A DNA stretch of 30,189 bases from a virus (Duplodnaviria > Heunggongvirae > Uroviricota > Caudoviricetes). The notes under the pieces were generated by a model, which was given only the letters and a program-made list of their open reading frames with translations, did no database searches and had not been told where the DNA came from. Of this stretch, positions 8,323 through 17,918 are shown piece after piece; the stretch's first letter is position 1; every line of letters starts with the position of its first letter. Where the stretch lies: positions 1-30,189 of IMG/VR virus record IMGVR_UViG_2663762810_000004. One strand, 5' to 3'. The position numbers and the translations under genes were made by a program.

Positions 8323-9067
8323 GACTCTACTCCATACATTAAAAGAAATTGAAAATGAATTACACAATGCACAACGACCTGAGTCTACACTCCTTCAACG
8401 ATATGAAGTATCGAATGAGATTAAAAAAAAGGAGTTTGTAGTCGCTTTGATCGGTAAACTGATAGAATTGGACCGCCGTCTCTATGTCACATCATTGAAG
8501 CCTTAGTTTCAATTTTACCGATTTATCGCTTAAGGGGTAGGACTTCAACACTACTAAGTGAGCATTGCAGCAGGCATTCAGGGGAATGCTGTGACAGTAG
8601 TTAGCTAGGGTAAACCGTTTGCGCCTGGGGATTTTACTTTGCGACGGAAAATTAAAAAACTATATGATTTCTTATCCCACTAGGATGTCTGCGGACTACT
8701 ACTGACTGTTTAGGCTATTACGAGGGGCTCAAACTCAACGTCTGGCATCAACGCAGAACTGAAAAAGTCGCCATGAATGTGGTTACGGTATTTGGTGGGA
8801 TATAAACGTACCTTCATTTCTAAGCTTGATAATCACCTTTGTCCGAATTGCCTACGCGATAGTCATGTAGTTTTAGTCATAACCGTTTACCCTATTGATG
8901 TCAAGATAAATTGGATAACACTGATGAATCGAACCTCTAAATCCTTTGATGGGCCACTCATAGCTGACTGGTTCAAAAAAGTGTTATCAATGGTATGATA
9001 AGTTGAGATGAAAGGTGTAAATGAACTATAATAATTCAACAGTTAATCTGAGAAAAATGGATTATGT

Positions 9068-9337
9068 ATGTCGAATGTAAAAAAAATAGATGCTATAGTT
9101 CAAAATTTATTTGAATTCAGAGATGCTACAGGTGAACTTACGGATAAAAATATTGTTTTAATACAAAAAATCATAACGAACTTACCTGACTATGCTGGTA
9201 AGGATCCATATGAATTTTATTCATCATTTTCTGAAGATATTAATGAGTCGCTCAAAGCAATTGCCAATTATCATAAGGCACATGCTAAATACATTAATGC
9301 CCTCGATAAATTAGCAGAGCTTAGGTCGGAGGGGTAA
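9068..9337 (+). CDS. AT-rich hypothetical small protein (first gene of a two-gene cargo operon)
   Basis: 89 aa ORF in an AT-rich block; the next gene starts 3 nt after its stop. Confidence 0.5.
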   Translation: MSNVKKIDAIVQNLFEFRDATGELTDKNIVLIQKIITNLPDYAGKDPYEFYSSFSEDINESLKAIANYHKAHAKYINALDKLAELRSEG

Positions 9338-9339
9338 TA

Positions 9340-9717
9340 ATGGCTACGGAAGATATTCAGGCTTTGTTATCTAAAGTTAATGCGTTAAGATTTGAAGATA
9401 AAAGAATAGAGAAGGAAACAGGAGAGATTGAAAATGAAATTCAGGCTCAATTTCTTCGTGATGGTAAAACAAGGAGTACATTAACCATAACATTTATGAG
9501 AGGCTTTTTTGGTCTTATCGTTTTTTCTTTTATATTTGTGATAGTTTATAACTATTGCGCAGTGCAATGGGTACTTCAATTACAAAGCAAAGGGCTCATG
9601 GAGGCTTCTAAAAGTATCGCACTACTTGAGTTAGATAAGGTGTTATCTATTATGGTTAGTGCGTTAGGAACATCTCTTGGGTTTATAATTGGCTATTATT
9701 TTAAAGACAAAAAATAA
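9340..9717 (+). CDS. AT-rich hypothetical membrane protein (second gene of the two-gene cargo operon)
   Basis: N-terminal predicted coiled-coil (EDIQALLSKVNALRFEDKRIEKETGEIENEIQAQ) followed by a TM helix (FFGLIVFSFIFVIVYNY). Confidence 0.5.
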   Translation: MATEDIQALLSKVNALRFEDKRIEKETGEIENEIQAQFLRDGKTRSTLTITFMRGFFGLIVFSFIFVIVYNYCAVQWVLQLQSKGLMEASKSIALLELDKVLSIMVSALGTSLGFIIGYYFKDKK

Positions 9718-9790
9718 ATAATTTAATTTTACATTGCTATTTATGTTTTGCTTTTAAGATTTTTAACTTTCTAGATGTAGAGTTATTGTT

Positions 9791-9822
9791 AAAGCACTGG
9801 TATTTGCCAGTGCTTTTTTATT
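9791..9822 (+). terminator. Rho-independent terminator after the 9068-9717 operon
   Basis: AAAGCACTGG-tatttg-CCAGTGCTTTTTTATT: a perfect 10 bp stem plus T-run. Confidence 0.6.
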
Positions 9823-10217
9823 AAAATCCGCGGATTAATGACGGCAATCATGAATACTCCTCCAAAGACTGATCCAACGATACGGGTGTATAAGTCACAC
9901 TTGTTTAATCTGTGATTGATGGCACTATAATTTATGTTGCACAACATAAACTGCCGATGGAGGGAATTGAGTGCTGAGCATGTCAGACATAAGTGTGTTG
10001 TCGAAGGTCTCCTCAGGCATGGTTTCTGCATAACGTCGACACTTGAAAGCCTCCATAATGACAATAAAGTATAAGTATTATCATTATTAATTGTCACTTG
10101 CCGTTGCGACATGCTTGGGCGGCGACCGCCTAAGTTCTCTTTATAAATGAGAAGTTCCCGCTAGCGACCGTTTCTGATTCTTTTTTTCTACTAAGTTTGT
10201 ATCAAATAAACAGGATA

Positions 10218-10586
10218 ATGCCGATGCCAGCACGAGCAAAGCGTCCATGCCGGCACAAGGGCTGTGCGGCAGTTACCAACGATGCCAGTGGCTATTGTGA
10301 TCAACACCGACAGCGGCATGCTGGTGATGGCTGGCGTAACTATCAGGCAGGAAAGAGCAGGCAGGAACGTGGATATGGGCGGACCTGGGAAATTAAACGG
10401 GTGCGTATCCTTCAGCGTGATAAGTACCTGTGTCAGAACCATCGCCGGCAGAAGATTGCAAAAAAGGCGACCAGCGTTGACCACATCATTCCAAAAGCTC
10501 ATGGCGGTACTGATGACGATTTCAATCTTGAGTCGTTGTGCTGGGACTGCCACAGAGCGAAGACGGCAAGAGAGCGTATCCGATGA
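10218..10586 (+). CDS. Phage HNH endonuclease (packaging-associated). Start taken at MPMPARAK (10218).
   Basis: HNH motif (DHIIPKAHGGTDDDFNLESLCWDCH) with N-terminal Cys/His. Position upstream of terminase small subunit is typical of cos-packaging HK97-like modules. Confidence 0.8.
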   Translation: MPMPARAKRPCRHKGCAAVTNDASGYCDQHRQRHAGDGWRNYQAGKSRQERGYGRTWEIKRVRILQRDKYLCQNHRRQKIAKKATSVDHIIPKAHGGTDDDFNLESLCWDCHRAKTARERIR

Positions 10587-10921
10587 GTTAGACCCATTGC
10601 ACATATTTTGGTTCACGGCTCTATACAATAGCTAACTGCCCAAAATAATGGGGTGGTTCATCGCGCCGCGCCAACCTGCACTGCAGCTATTGTGGGCAGT
10701 CAGGGCATAACTCTAGTGCCTGTCCACATAATGAGAGCTGCGGTCGTCGGCGCAGCCTGAATGATGACTTCCATCTTGATTGATGCCCACACAGGCCAGG
10801 GGAAGGGGGGATCAAATCCCTGACCCCTTTCGCCTTCCAGGACTGCCGCCTGAAGGACATTTTTATACGCAAGAAATAAGGATCTTTTTTCCGGTAGGTT
10901 TTAACTATTAATAGAGGTGTT

Positions 10922-11356
10922 ATGGCTGGTGGAATTCGATCATCAGGCGGAGGGCGAAAGCCCGTTTTACCTTCAGGACAAAAAAGCAAACTGACCAGAA
11001 TCGCACCTCCCGCTGAGTTAATGGGGGAGAATGCAATAAGACTGTGGAAAACCCAAAGTAAAATTCTGATCGAAAGAGGCGTGTTTGAACTGGAGGATGC
11101 GCCCCTGCTTCTGGCTTACTGCAATGCCTTCCATTTAATGCTTGAAGCTGAAAAATTGCTCTCGTCAAGCCTGACGACCGAAAGTGAAATGGGGGGATTA
11201 AAGAAACATCCCGCCGTTAACATCAGAAATGATTCTGTTTCCCAGATAGCCCGTCTTGGCTCGCTTCTGGGGTTGGATCCACTCAGCCGAATTAGGATGC
11301 GTGGCAGTGGAAATGATCCGGACGACGACGGGAATGAATTTGATGAGTTTGACTGA
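10922..11356 (+). CDS. Terminase small subunit (P27-family-like)
   Basis: 144 aa ORF directly upstream of TerL with an acidic C terminus; family inferred from context and sequence character. Confidence 0.7.
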   Translation: MAGGIRSSGGGRKPVLPSGQKSKLTRIAPPAELMGENAIRLWKTQSKILIERGVFELEDAPLLLAYCNAFHLMLEAEKLLSSSLTTESEMGGLKKHPAVNIRNDSVSQIARLGSLLGLDPLSRIRMRGSGNDPDDDGNEFDEFD

Positions 11357-13077
11357 TGGCTACATATCCGAACGTCAATGCAGCGAACCAGTATGCAAGA
11401 GATGTTGTTGGCGGGAAGATCCTTGCTTGTCAGTTAACTGTGCTTGCCTGTCAAAGACACCTTGATGATTTGGAACGTGCGAAGGATCCTGCCTGGCCTT
11501 ACCGGTTTGATAAAAACAAGGCCGAGCGATTTTTGCGCTTTGCTCAGAAGATGCCTCATACGGCCGGTGAATGGGCCAGGAAGAAACTACGAATAGAATT
11601 TGAGCCCTGGCAAAAGTTTGCCCTTGGTGTGCCATTTGGATGGGTTAATAAGAAGTCCGGATTCCGGCGTTTTTCTGAAATATATATTGAGGTGCCCAGG
11701 AAAAATGGGAAATCCGCAATTGCAGCTGCCGTTGGTAATTATATGTTTTGCGCCGATGGTGAACATGGTGCAGAAGTGTACTGTGGCGCCACTACTGAAA
11801 AACAAGCCTGGAAAGTCTTCTCTCCCGCTCTACAAATGGTAAAAAAACTCCCGGCATTGCGACAAAAATACTCAGTCAAACCCTGGGCGAAGAAAATGAC
11901 CCGTCCGGATGGCTCTGTTTTTGCGCCAGTCATCGGCGATCCTGGTGACGGCGATTCCCCTTCATGTGCAATTATTGATGAATATCACGAGCATCAGACT
12001 GATGCACTTTATACAACGATGACTACCGGGATGGGGGCAAGGGAGCAGCCTGTTACTCTGATTATTACTACAGCGGGTTATGACATTACTTCGCCCTGTT
12101 ACGAGAAGCGTGTGCAGATAGTGGAAATTCTCCGCCGTAACCGGACAGGAGAAGAAAACGAGACAATATTTGGCATTATATACGGTCTGGATGACGATGA
12201 TGACTGGACCAGGCCCGAAGCGCTGATTAAAGCAAATCCCAACTTTGGTGTTTCTGTTAAAGAGCATTTTCTTCGGGCGAAGCAGTTACTGGGAATATCC
12301 AATCCCAGCCAGACTAACAAAATTCTGACCAAGCACTTTAACCGGTGGGTAAGTGCAAAAACGGTTTTTTATGACCTGCAAAGATGGATGGCTGCTGCGG
12401 ATAAAAACCTTAAATTATCTGATTTTGTTGATGAGGATTGCTGGCTGGGTATTGATCTGGCCTCGAAAGTAGACCTGAATGCCGTAGTGCCAGTGTTCAG
12501 GAGAGAGGTTGCTGGTATAACCCATTTTTACTGTGTGGGGCCGCTGTTCTGGGCGCCTGAAGATACAATTTATTCACCAGATCCCACGCTGAAAACCATT
12601 TCTGAACGTTACCAGTCATTTGTGAAACAGGGGGTATTGATACCTACTGAAGGGGCTGAGGTGGATTATCGGTTAATTTTTGAGTCAATTCTTCAGTTAC
12701 GCCAGCAGGTTAAAATTGTCCAGTGCCCGATAGATCCTTACGGGGCAACATCATTGCGCCATCTGCTTGAAGAGGAGGGGCTGGAATCCGTTGAGATCAG
12801 GCAAAATTTTACACATATGAGTGATCCAATGCGTGAAATTGAGGCGGCGCTGGCATCAGGACGCTTTCATCATGACGGTAACCCTATCATGAACTGGTGC
12901 ATCCAGAATGTTATAGGGCGTTACTTACCAGGAAGCGATGACATTGTTCGCCCAGGGAAGGAGAGAAAGCAAAACAAAATAGATGGCGCGGTAGGACTAA
13001 TGATGGGAGTCGGGCGAGCCATGCTGAACGGAACTGTCAGTAAATCGGCTTATGATGAGGAAGATATTACATGTTGA
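11356..13077 (+). CDS. Terminase large subunit
   Basis: 573 aa with Walker A-like VPRKNGKS and Walker B-like AIIDEYHE; Terminase_1-type architecture. Confidence 0.9.
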   Translation: MATYPNVNAANQYARDVVGGKILACQLTVLACQRHLDDLERAKDPAWPYRFDKNKAERFLRFAQKMPHTAGEWARKKLRIEFEPWQKFALGVPFGWVNKKSGFRRFSEIYIEVPRKNGKSAIAAAVGNYMFCADGEHGAEVYCGATTEKQAWKVFSPALQMVKKLPALRQKYSVKPWAKKMTRPDGSVFAPVIGDPGDGDSPSCAIIDEYHEHQTDALYTTMTTGMGAREQPVTLIITTAGYDITSPCYEKRVQIVEILRRNRTGEENETIFGIIYGLDDDDDWTRPEALIKANPNFGVSVKEHFLRAKQLLGISNPSQTNKILTKHFNRWVSAKTVFYDLQRWMAAADKNLKLSDFVDEDCWLGIDLASKVDLNAVVPVFRREVAGITHFYCVGPLFWAPEDTIYSPDPTLKTISERYQSFVKQGVLIPTEGAEVDYRLIFESILQLRQQVKIVQCPIDPYGATSLRHLLEEEGLESVEIRQNFTHMSDPMREIEAALASGRFHHDGNPIMNWCIQNVIGRYLPGSDDIVRPGKERKQNKIDGAVGLMMGVGRAMLNGTVSKSAYDEEDITC

Positions 13078-13248
13078 TCACTCTTTTAAGTTTTATTATC
13101 GGCCTCGCCGGAGCCGGGTTAGTGTCTGCCGGTGCCTGGCTTATTTCACCTGCAGCCGGGCTTATTACTGGCGGTTCAATCTGCCTGCTGTGGTCATTTT
13201 TAATCGCGAAATCGATGTCCGCCAGCGTAATTAAATCAGGGGGTGAAT
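13072..13248 (+). CDS. Possible small membrane protein between terminase and portal (58 aa)
   Basis: Hand-read ORF MLITLLSFIIGLAGAGLVSAGAWLISPAAGLITGGSICLLWSFLIAKS...; its ATG overlaps the TerL stop and it ends just before the portal start. Could be a non-coding spacer. Confidence 0.3.
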
Positions 13249-13249
13249 A

Positions 13250-14509
13250 ATGTTCATTCCCCAGATGTTTCGGGGTAAATCTCAGTCTGGTGGTGGTTTC
13301 TGGCAGGCGATGCTGGGTGGGGTGAGTTCCAGCCAGAGCAAGGCGGGGATCATTATCACTCCTGAAACCGCACTGGCGTTATCGGCGGTCCGGGCATGCG
13401 TAACGCTTCTGGCAGAATCGGTGGCGCAGTTGCCGTGTGAACTTTACAGGCGAGGCGCTAACGGAGGCCGTGAACGGGCGACTGACCACCCTGTTTATGA
13501 TCTGATTCATTCCCAGCCCAACAAAAAAGACACCTCGTTTGAATACTTTGAGCAGCAACAGGGCCTGCTCGGGCTGGAGGGAAATTGCTACTCGATCATC
13601 GACAGGGACGGGAAAGGGTATCCCCGCGAATTAATCCCGGTTAATCCCAAAAAAGTCATCGTCCTGAAAGGGCCTGACGGGATGCCCTATTATGAACTCC
13701 CCGAAATTGGCGAAACGTTGCCAATGCGCATGATGCATCATGTGAAGGTTTTCTCGCTGGATGGTTATATCGGTAGCTCTCCGATCCAGACGAACGCAGA
13801 CGTTCTTGGGCTGAACCTGGCCGTTGAAGAGCATGCTTCTCAGGTTTTTCGCCGTGGCACAACGATGAGCGGCGTTATTGAGCGACCAAAGGAGGCTCCG
13901 ACAATAAAGAACCAGGAGAAGATTGACCAACTTCTTGCTAAATGGACGGATCGTTATTCCGGTATGCGTAATGCCTTTTCTGTCGCATTGCTTCAGGAAG
14001 GGATGAGCTACAAACAGCTATCTCAGGATAATGAGAAAGCGCAGCTGTTGCAGTCCCGCCAGTGGGGCGTGGAGGAAGTTTGCCGACTCTATAAAATCCC
14101 GCCTCATATGGTGCAGATGCTGGCGAAAGCCACAAATAACAACATTGAGCATCAGGGGCTGCAGTTCGTCATGTATACGCTTTTAGCCTGGCTGAAACGC
14201 CATGAAGGCGCATTAATGCGCGATCTGCTTTTACCCAGCGAGCGCGGTAGTCTGTACATTGAATTCAATGTATCCGGCCTGCTGCGCGGGGATCAGAAGT
14301 CACGCTATGAATCTTATGCGCTGGGCCGTCAGTGGGGCTGGTTATCGGTTAATGACATTCGCCGCATGGAGAACCTTCCTCCCATCGCCGGTGGGGACAA
14401 ATACCTGACGCCTCTGAATATGGTCGACAGTAAACAAATCTTACCTGGCAATAACGCGCCAACAGCTAAACAACTGGCAGAAATCGAAACTATTCTGGCC
14501 AGAGCCTGA
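13250..14509 (+). CDS. Phage portal protein (HK97-family-like)
   Basis: 419 aa ORF in the canonical position after TerL and before the prohead protease. Confidence 0.8.
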   Translation: MFIPQMFRGKSQSGGGFWQAMLGGVSSSQSKAGIIITPETALALSAVRACVTLLAESVAQLPCELYRRGANGGRERATDHPVYDLIHSQPNKKDTSFEYFEQQQGLLGLEGNCYSIIDRDGKGYPRELIPVNPKKVIVLKGPDGMPYYELPEIGETLPMRMMHHVKVFSLDGYIGSSPIQTNADVLGLNLAVEEHASQVFRRGTTMSGVIERPKEAPTIKNQEKIDQLLAKWTDRYSGMRNAFSVALLQEGMSYKQLSQDNEKAQLLQSRQWGVEEVCRLYKIPPHMVQMLAKATNNNIEHQGLQFVMYTLLAWLKRHEGALMRDLLLPSERGSLYIEFNVSGLLRGDQKSRYESYALGRQWGWLSVNDIRRMENLPPIAGGDKYLTPLNMVDSKQILPGNNAPTAKQLAEIETILARA

Positions 14510-14521
14510 TTATTCCCCGCT

Positions 14522-15466
14522 ATGCGGGCTGACCTGGTATATCTCATGACAACAAAATTACTTAACCTGCCGCACCTCGCAGAAATGGTCTTCGGTGTGC
14601 CTCATTACGCAACACAACAGACGATGGACGCCGTGAAGGCGGTATTGCTTCCCCGTATTCAGGGAACGGTGACGGATCCGGTCATTACGATGGCGCTAAA
14701 TCCGGATGATTCGCCATCCCCGGAAGAGCTTCAGCCAGCCGGTGGTATCGCGGTTATTCCCGTTCACGGGATTCTGGTCCCCCGGCGCGGGCAAATTACA
14801 GCGATGTGTACCGAACTGACAAGCTATGAGCGAATCCGCAGCCAGCTGCATTCGGCATTAAATGACCCATCCATCAGTGAAATCGTTCTGGATATTAATT
14901 CAGGCGGCGGTTTAGCGCCCGGGTGCAAAGAGCTGGCTGATTATATTTATCAGTCGCGAGAAATGAAACCGATCACCGCTATTGTGAACTTTAATGCCTT
15001 CTCTGCCGCGTATTTTATCGCGTCGGCCTGCAGCAAGATTGTCGCCAGTCAGACCAGTGGCGTTGGCTCTATCGGGGTGATCATGGAGCACCTTGATACG
15101 TCAAAGCTGGAAGAGATCATGGGCGTAAAATTTACTGCACTCTACCGGGGAGATAACAAGAATAATGGCACGTCACATGCCGCGTTGAGTGAATCGGCTC
15201 TGACGATGTTCAACAAAATGCTCGACGACATGTACGAGACATTTACCTCCTCAGTGGCTGAGTATCGTGGTCTTAAACAGCAGGCAGTGACAGATACCCA
15301 GGCGGGAATCTACTTCGGCGCTGATGCTATTTCTGCTGGTCTTGCTGATGAAGTTTCGGATCCTCAGTCTGCGATTAATGCCATTGCGGCAAAGTACAAA
15401 CAACCTTCACAAACCACTTCCATAAAGCTGCAGGCAGCCGCGATGGACCTGCAAACCAGAATGTAA
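14522..15466 (+). CDS. Prohead/head maturation protease, S49 (SppA/ClpP-like) family
   Basis: S49 peptidase-like core (ISEIVLDINSGGGLAPGCKELADYIY ... SGVGSIGVIMEH) between portal and capsid. Confidence 0.85.
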   Translation: MRADLVYLMTTKLLNLPHLAEMVFGVPHYATQQTMDAVKAVLLPRIQGTVTDPVITMALNPDDSPSPEELQPAGGIAVIPVHGILVPRRGQITAMCTELTSYERIRSQLHSALNDPSISEIVLDINSGGGLAPGCKELADYIYQSREMKPITAIVNFNAFSAAYFIASACSKIVASQTSGVGSIGVIMEHLDTSKLEEIMGVKFTALYRGDNKNNGTSHAALSESALTMFNKMLDDMYETFTSSVAEYRGLKQQAVTDTQAGIYFGADAISAGLADEVSDPQSAINAIAAKYKQPSQTTSIKLQAAAMDLQTRM

Positions 15467-15541
15467 CCCGGCGCTCACGCGTCATTACCACCAGAAAGCA
15501 GCCTTAGTGCTGTTTTTTTATACCTGAAAAGAGAGAAAACT

Positions 15542-16333
15542 ATGCCACAGATTGAAGAATTACGTCGTCAGCGTGCGGGTATTAATGAGCAGGTTCAGGC
15601 CCTGGCCACGATTGAAACTACCGGTGGAACGCTGACAGCGGAGCAGTTAACCGAATTTGCCAGCATGCAGCAGCAGTTCACGGATATCAGCGCCAAAATT
15701 GAGCGTCTGGAAGCGGCTGAACGTGCCGCGGCGCTTGTTGCCACACCGGTTAGAGGCACACAGCAGGCTCCTGGTGTCATCGTTAAGGCGGAGCCAAAGC
15801 AATATACCGGGGCAGGCATGACCCGTCTGGTGATGTCGATTGCAGCAGCGGAGGGTAACATCCAGGAGGCTGCAAAATTTGCGGCGGAAGAACTGAATGA
15901 CCCGTCTGTCTCGATGGCCATCAGCACTGCCGCTGCGTCAGGCGGCGTTCTTATTCCGCAAAACCTTCACAGCGAAGTGATTGAGCTACTGCGCGATCGT
16001 ACCATCGTTCGTAAGCTGGGCGCGCGCTCCATTCCGCTGCCGAACGGCAATATGGCGCTGCCGCGTCTGGCCGGTGGAGCGACGGCGAACTATACCGGGG
16101 AAGGTAAGGATGCGAAAACATCAGAAGCGCGCTTTGACGATGTGAAACTCACTGCGAAAACCATGATTGCGATGGTGCCCATCTCAAATCAGCTCATTGG
16201 CCGCGCAGGTTTTAACGTTGAACAACTGGTATTGCAGGATATTCTGACGGCGATTTCTGTTCGCGAAGATACCTGCACCGTCAGAGAGTACGTCGTTCAT
16301 TTTGACGGTCAGGCTGTTTTCTGCCACCGCTGA
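15542..16333 (+). pseudogene. Major capsid protein, truncated (N-terminal delta domain plus part of the capsid fold only)
   Basis: Coiled-coil delta-like N terminus and capsid-like middle region, but only 263 aa. The ORF ends in unrelated sequence and is followed about 130 bp later by tail gene L, with all intervening head-tail genes absent. Confidence 0.65.
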
Positions 16334-16462
16334 ACAACTGATCAACATTCCAGCCATCACTAATATTCTTAATTCCATGATTAATGTTCCTTTTCTGTCA
16401 ATGACATCAATATTCTTATGTGATGGAGAGGTCTTTTTTCAACCAGTTTTACAGAAAGGATT

Positions 16463-17164
16463 TTGATTATGCAGGACGTCCCACAGGACACGCTTAACGA
16501 AACCACCCGAACAGAGCAGTCCGCCCGAATCAGTCTCTGGGAATTTGATGCAACAGCCATCGGAGGGGAGCGTTATTTTTTCTGTAATGAGCCCAATGAA
16601 AAAGGCGAGCCGGTGACCTGGCAGGGGCGACAGTATGAGCCTTACCCGATACAGTCAGATGATTTTGAGATGAACGGCGTCGGCCCGGCGCCGCGTATCA
16701 GCCTTGTCGTGTCGAATATGTTTGGTCTGGTGACGGGCATGGCGGAAGATCTGCAGAGTCTGACCGGCGCGCGGGTGGTGCGTCGCCTGGTGTATGCAAA
16801 ATTTCTCGATGCGGTGAATTTCGTGAACGGCAATCCGGATGCCGATCCGGAACAGGAGGCCGTGGCCTGGTATGTGGTGGAGCAGCTCTCGGAACTCACA
16901 TCCGGCACTGCCACATTTATTCTCGCTAACCCTGTTGAAACTGACGGCTCGGTGTTTCCGGCACGTATTATGCTGGCGGATATCTGTACGTGGACATACC
17001 GGGGAGATGAGTGCGGGTATGACGGCCCGCCGGTAGCCGATGAATTTGATAAACCCACCTCAGATCCTGCAAAGGATCAATGCAGCAGATGTCCTGCAGG
17101 ATGCAGGCTACGTAACAATATTGCCAGAGCAGGCTTTTTTATCTCCATTAACAAACTTTCCTGA
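16463..17164 (+). CDS. L: Minor tail protein L (lambda gpL-like)
   Basis: Matches the recalled lambda gpL nearly along its length (NEPNEKGEPVTWQGRQY...PYPIQ, TWTYRGDECGY, SINKLS). Confidence 0.9.
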   Translation: MIMQDVPQDTLNETTRTEQSARISLWEFDATAIGGERYFFCNEPNEKGEPVTWQGRQYEPYPIQSDDFEMNGVGPAPRISLVVSNMFGLVTGMAEDLQSLTGARVVRRLVYAKFLDAVNFVNGNPDADPEQEAVAWYVVEQLSELTSGTATFILANPVETDGSVFPARIMLADICTWTYRGDECGYDGPPVADEFDKPTSDPAKDQCSRCPAGCRLRNNIARAGFFISINKLS

Positions 17165-17174
17165 CGGTGACGTT

Positions 17175-17918
17175 ATGACAAAAACAGAACAGGATATTCT
17201 GGCGCATGCCGCACAGTGTGCACCGGCGGAATCGTGCGGGTATGTGGTCAGAACGGATGCGGGGGAGATGTACCTTCCCTGTGAAAATCTGTCTGCGGAA
17301 CCCACCATGTATTTTCGCATGGTGCCGGAGGCGTATCTCCGTGCGCAGGCGGCAGGCGACATCGTGGCGCTGGTCCACAGTCACCCGGGCGGCCAGCCGT
17401 TTCTGAGTGAAGGGGACCGATGTTTGCAGTTACAGAGTGCACTTCCCTGGTGGCTGGCCTGCGACGGTAAAGTGCATAAGTTTCGCTGCGTGCCGCATCT
17501 CACAGGGCGGAGTTTTGAACATGGTGTGACGGACTGCTACACACTGCTGCGGGACGCCTGGCATCTGGCGGGGATCGAACTGCCTGATTTTGAACGCCAG
17601 GATGGCTGGTGGGATCGTGGGGAGAATATGTATCTGGATAATTTTCCTGACATTGGTTTTTACCCGGTAGAGCCTGAGGCCACGCAGACGGGGGATGTGT
17701 TGATTTGCTGCTTCGCATCGTCGGTGGCGAATCATGCCGCAGTGATCTGTGACAATGGGGAGCTGTTACACCATATTCCTGACCAGTTAAGCAAACGAGA
17801 GAGGTATACCGACAAATGGCAACGCCGCACACACTCAATCTGGCGTCACCGGGAATGGCGCGCATCTGCCTTTACGGGGATTTACAACGATTTGGTCGCC
17901 GCATTGATCTCAGCATAA
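17175..17918 (+). CDS. K: Tail assembly protein K (lambda gpK-like; JAB/MPN plus NlpC/P60 domains). Start taken at MTKTEQD (17175).
   Basis: Matches recalled lambda gpK (CAPAESCGYVV, VALVHSHPGG, KFRCVPHLTGR, HGVTDCYTL, NHAA). Confidence 0.9.
   Translation: MTKTEQDILAHAAQCAPAESCGYVVRTDAGEMYLPCENLSAEPTMYFRMVPEAYLRAQAAGDIVALVHSHPGGQPFLSEGDRCLQLQSALPWWLACDGKVHKFRCVPHLTGRSFEHGVTDCYTLLRDAWHLAGIELPDFERQDGWWDRGENMYLDNFPDIGFYPVEPEATQTGDVLICCFASSVANHAAVICDNGELLHHIPDQLSKRERYTDKWQRRTHSIWRHREWRASAFTGIYNDLVAALISA

Noticed and set aside
8320-8506. Plus-strand ORF (track 8237-8506) diverging from the DUF4145-like gene start
   Set aside because: Its only plausible ATG (8320) overlaps the start codon of the better-supported minus-strand gene on the opposite strand; the sequence is likely promoter/5' region. 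Not excluded, but unsupported.
15595-15927. 110 aa minus-strand ORF inside the capsid gene, and similar embedded ORFs (for example 11375-11635, 13631-13930, 16642-17058, 17500-17865)
   Set aside because: All are fully embedded antisense or out-of-frame within confidently assigned structural genes and show low-complexity, Arg/Ala/Ser-rich translations typical of GC-rich non-coding frames.
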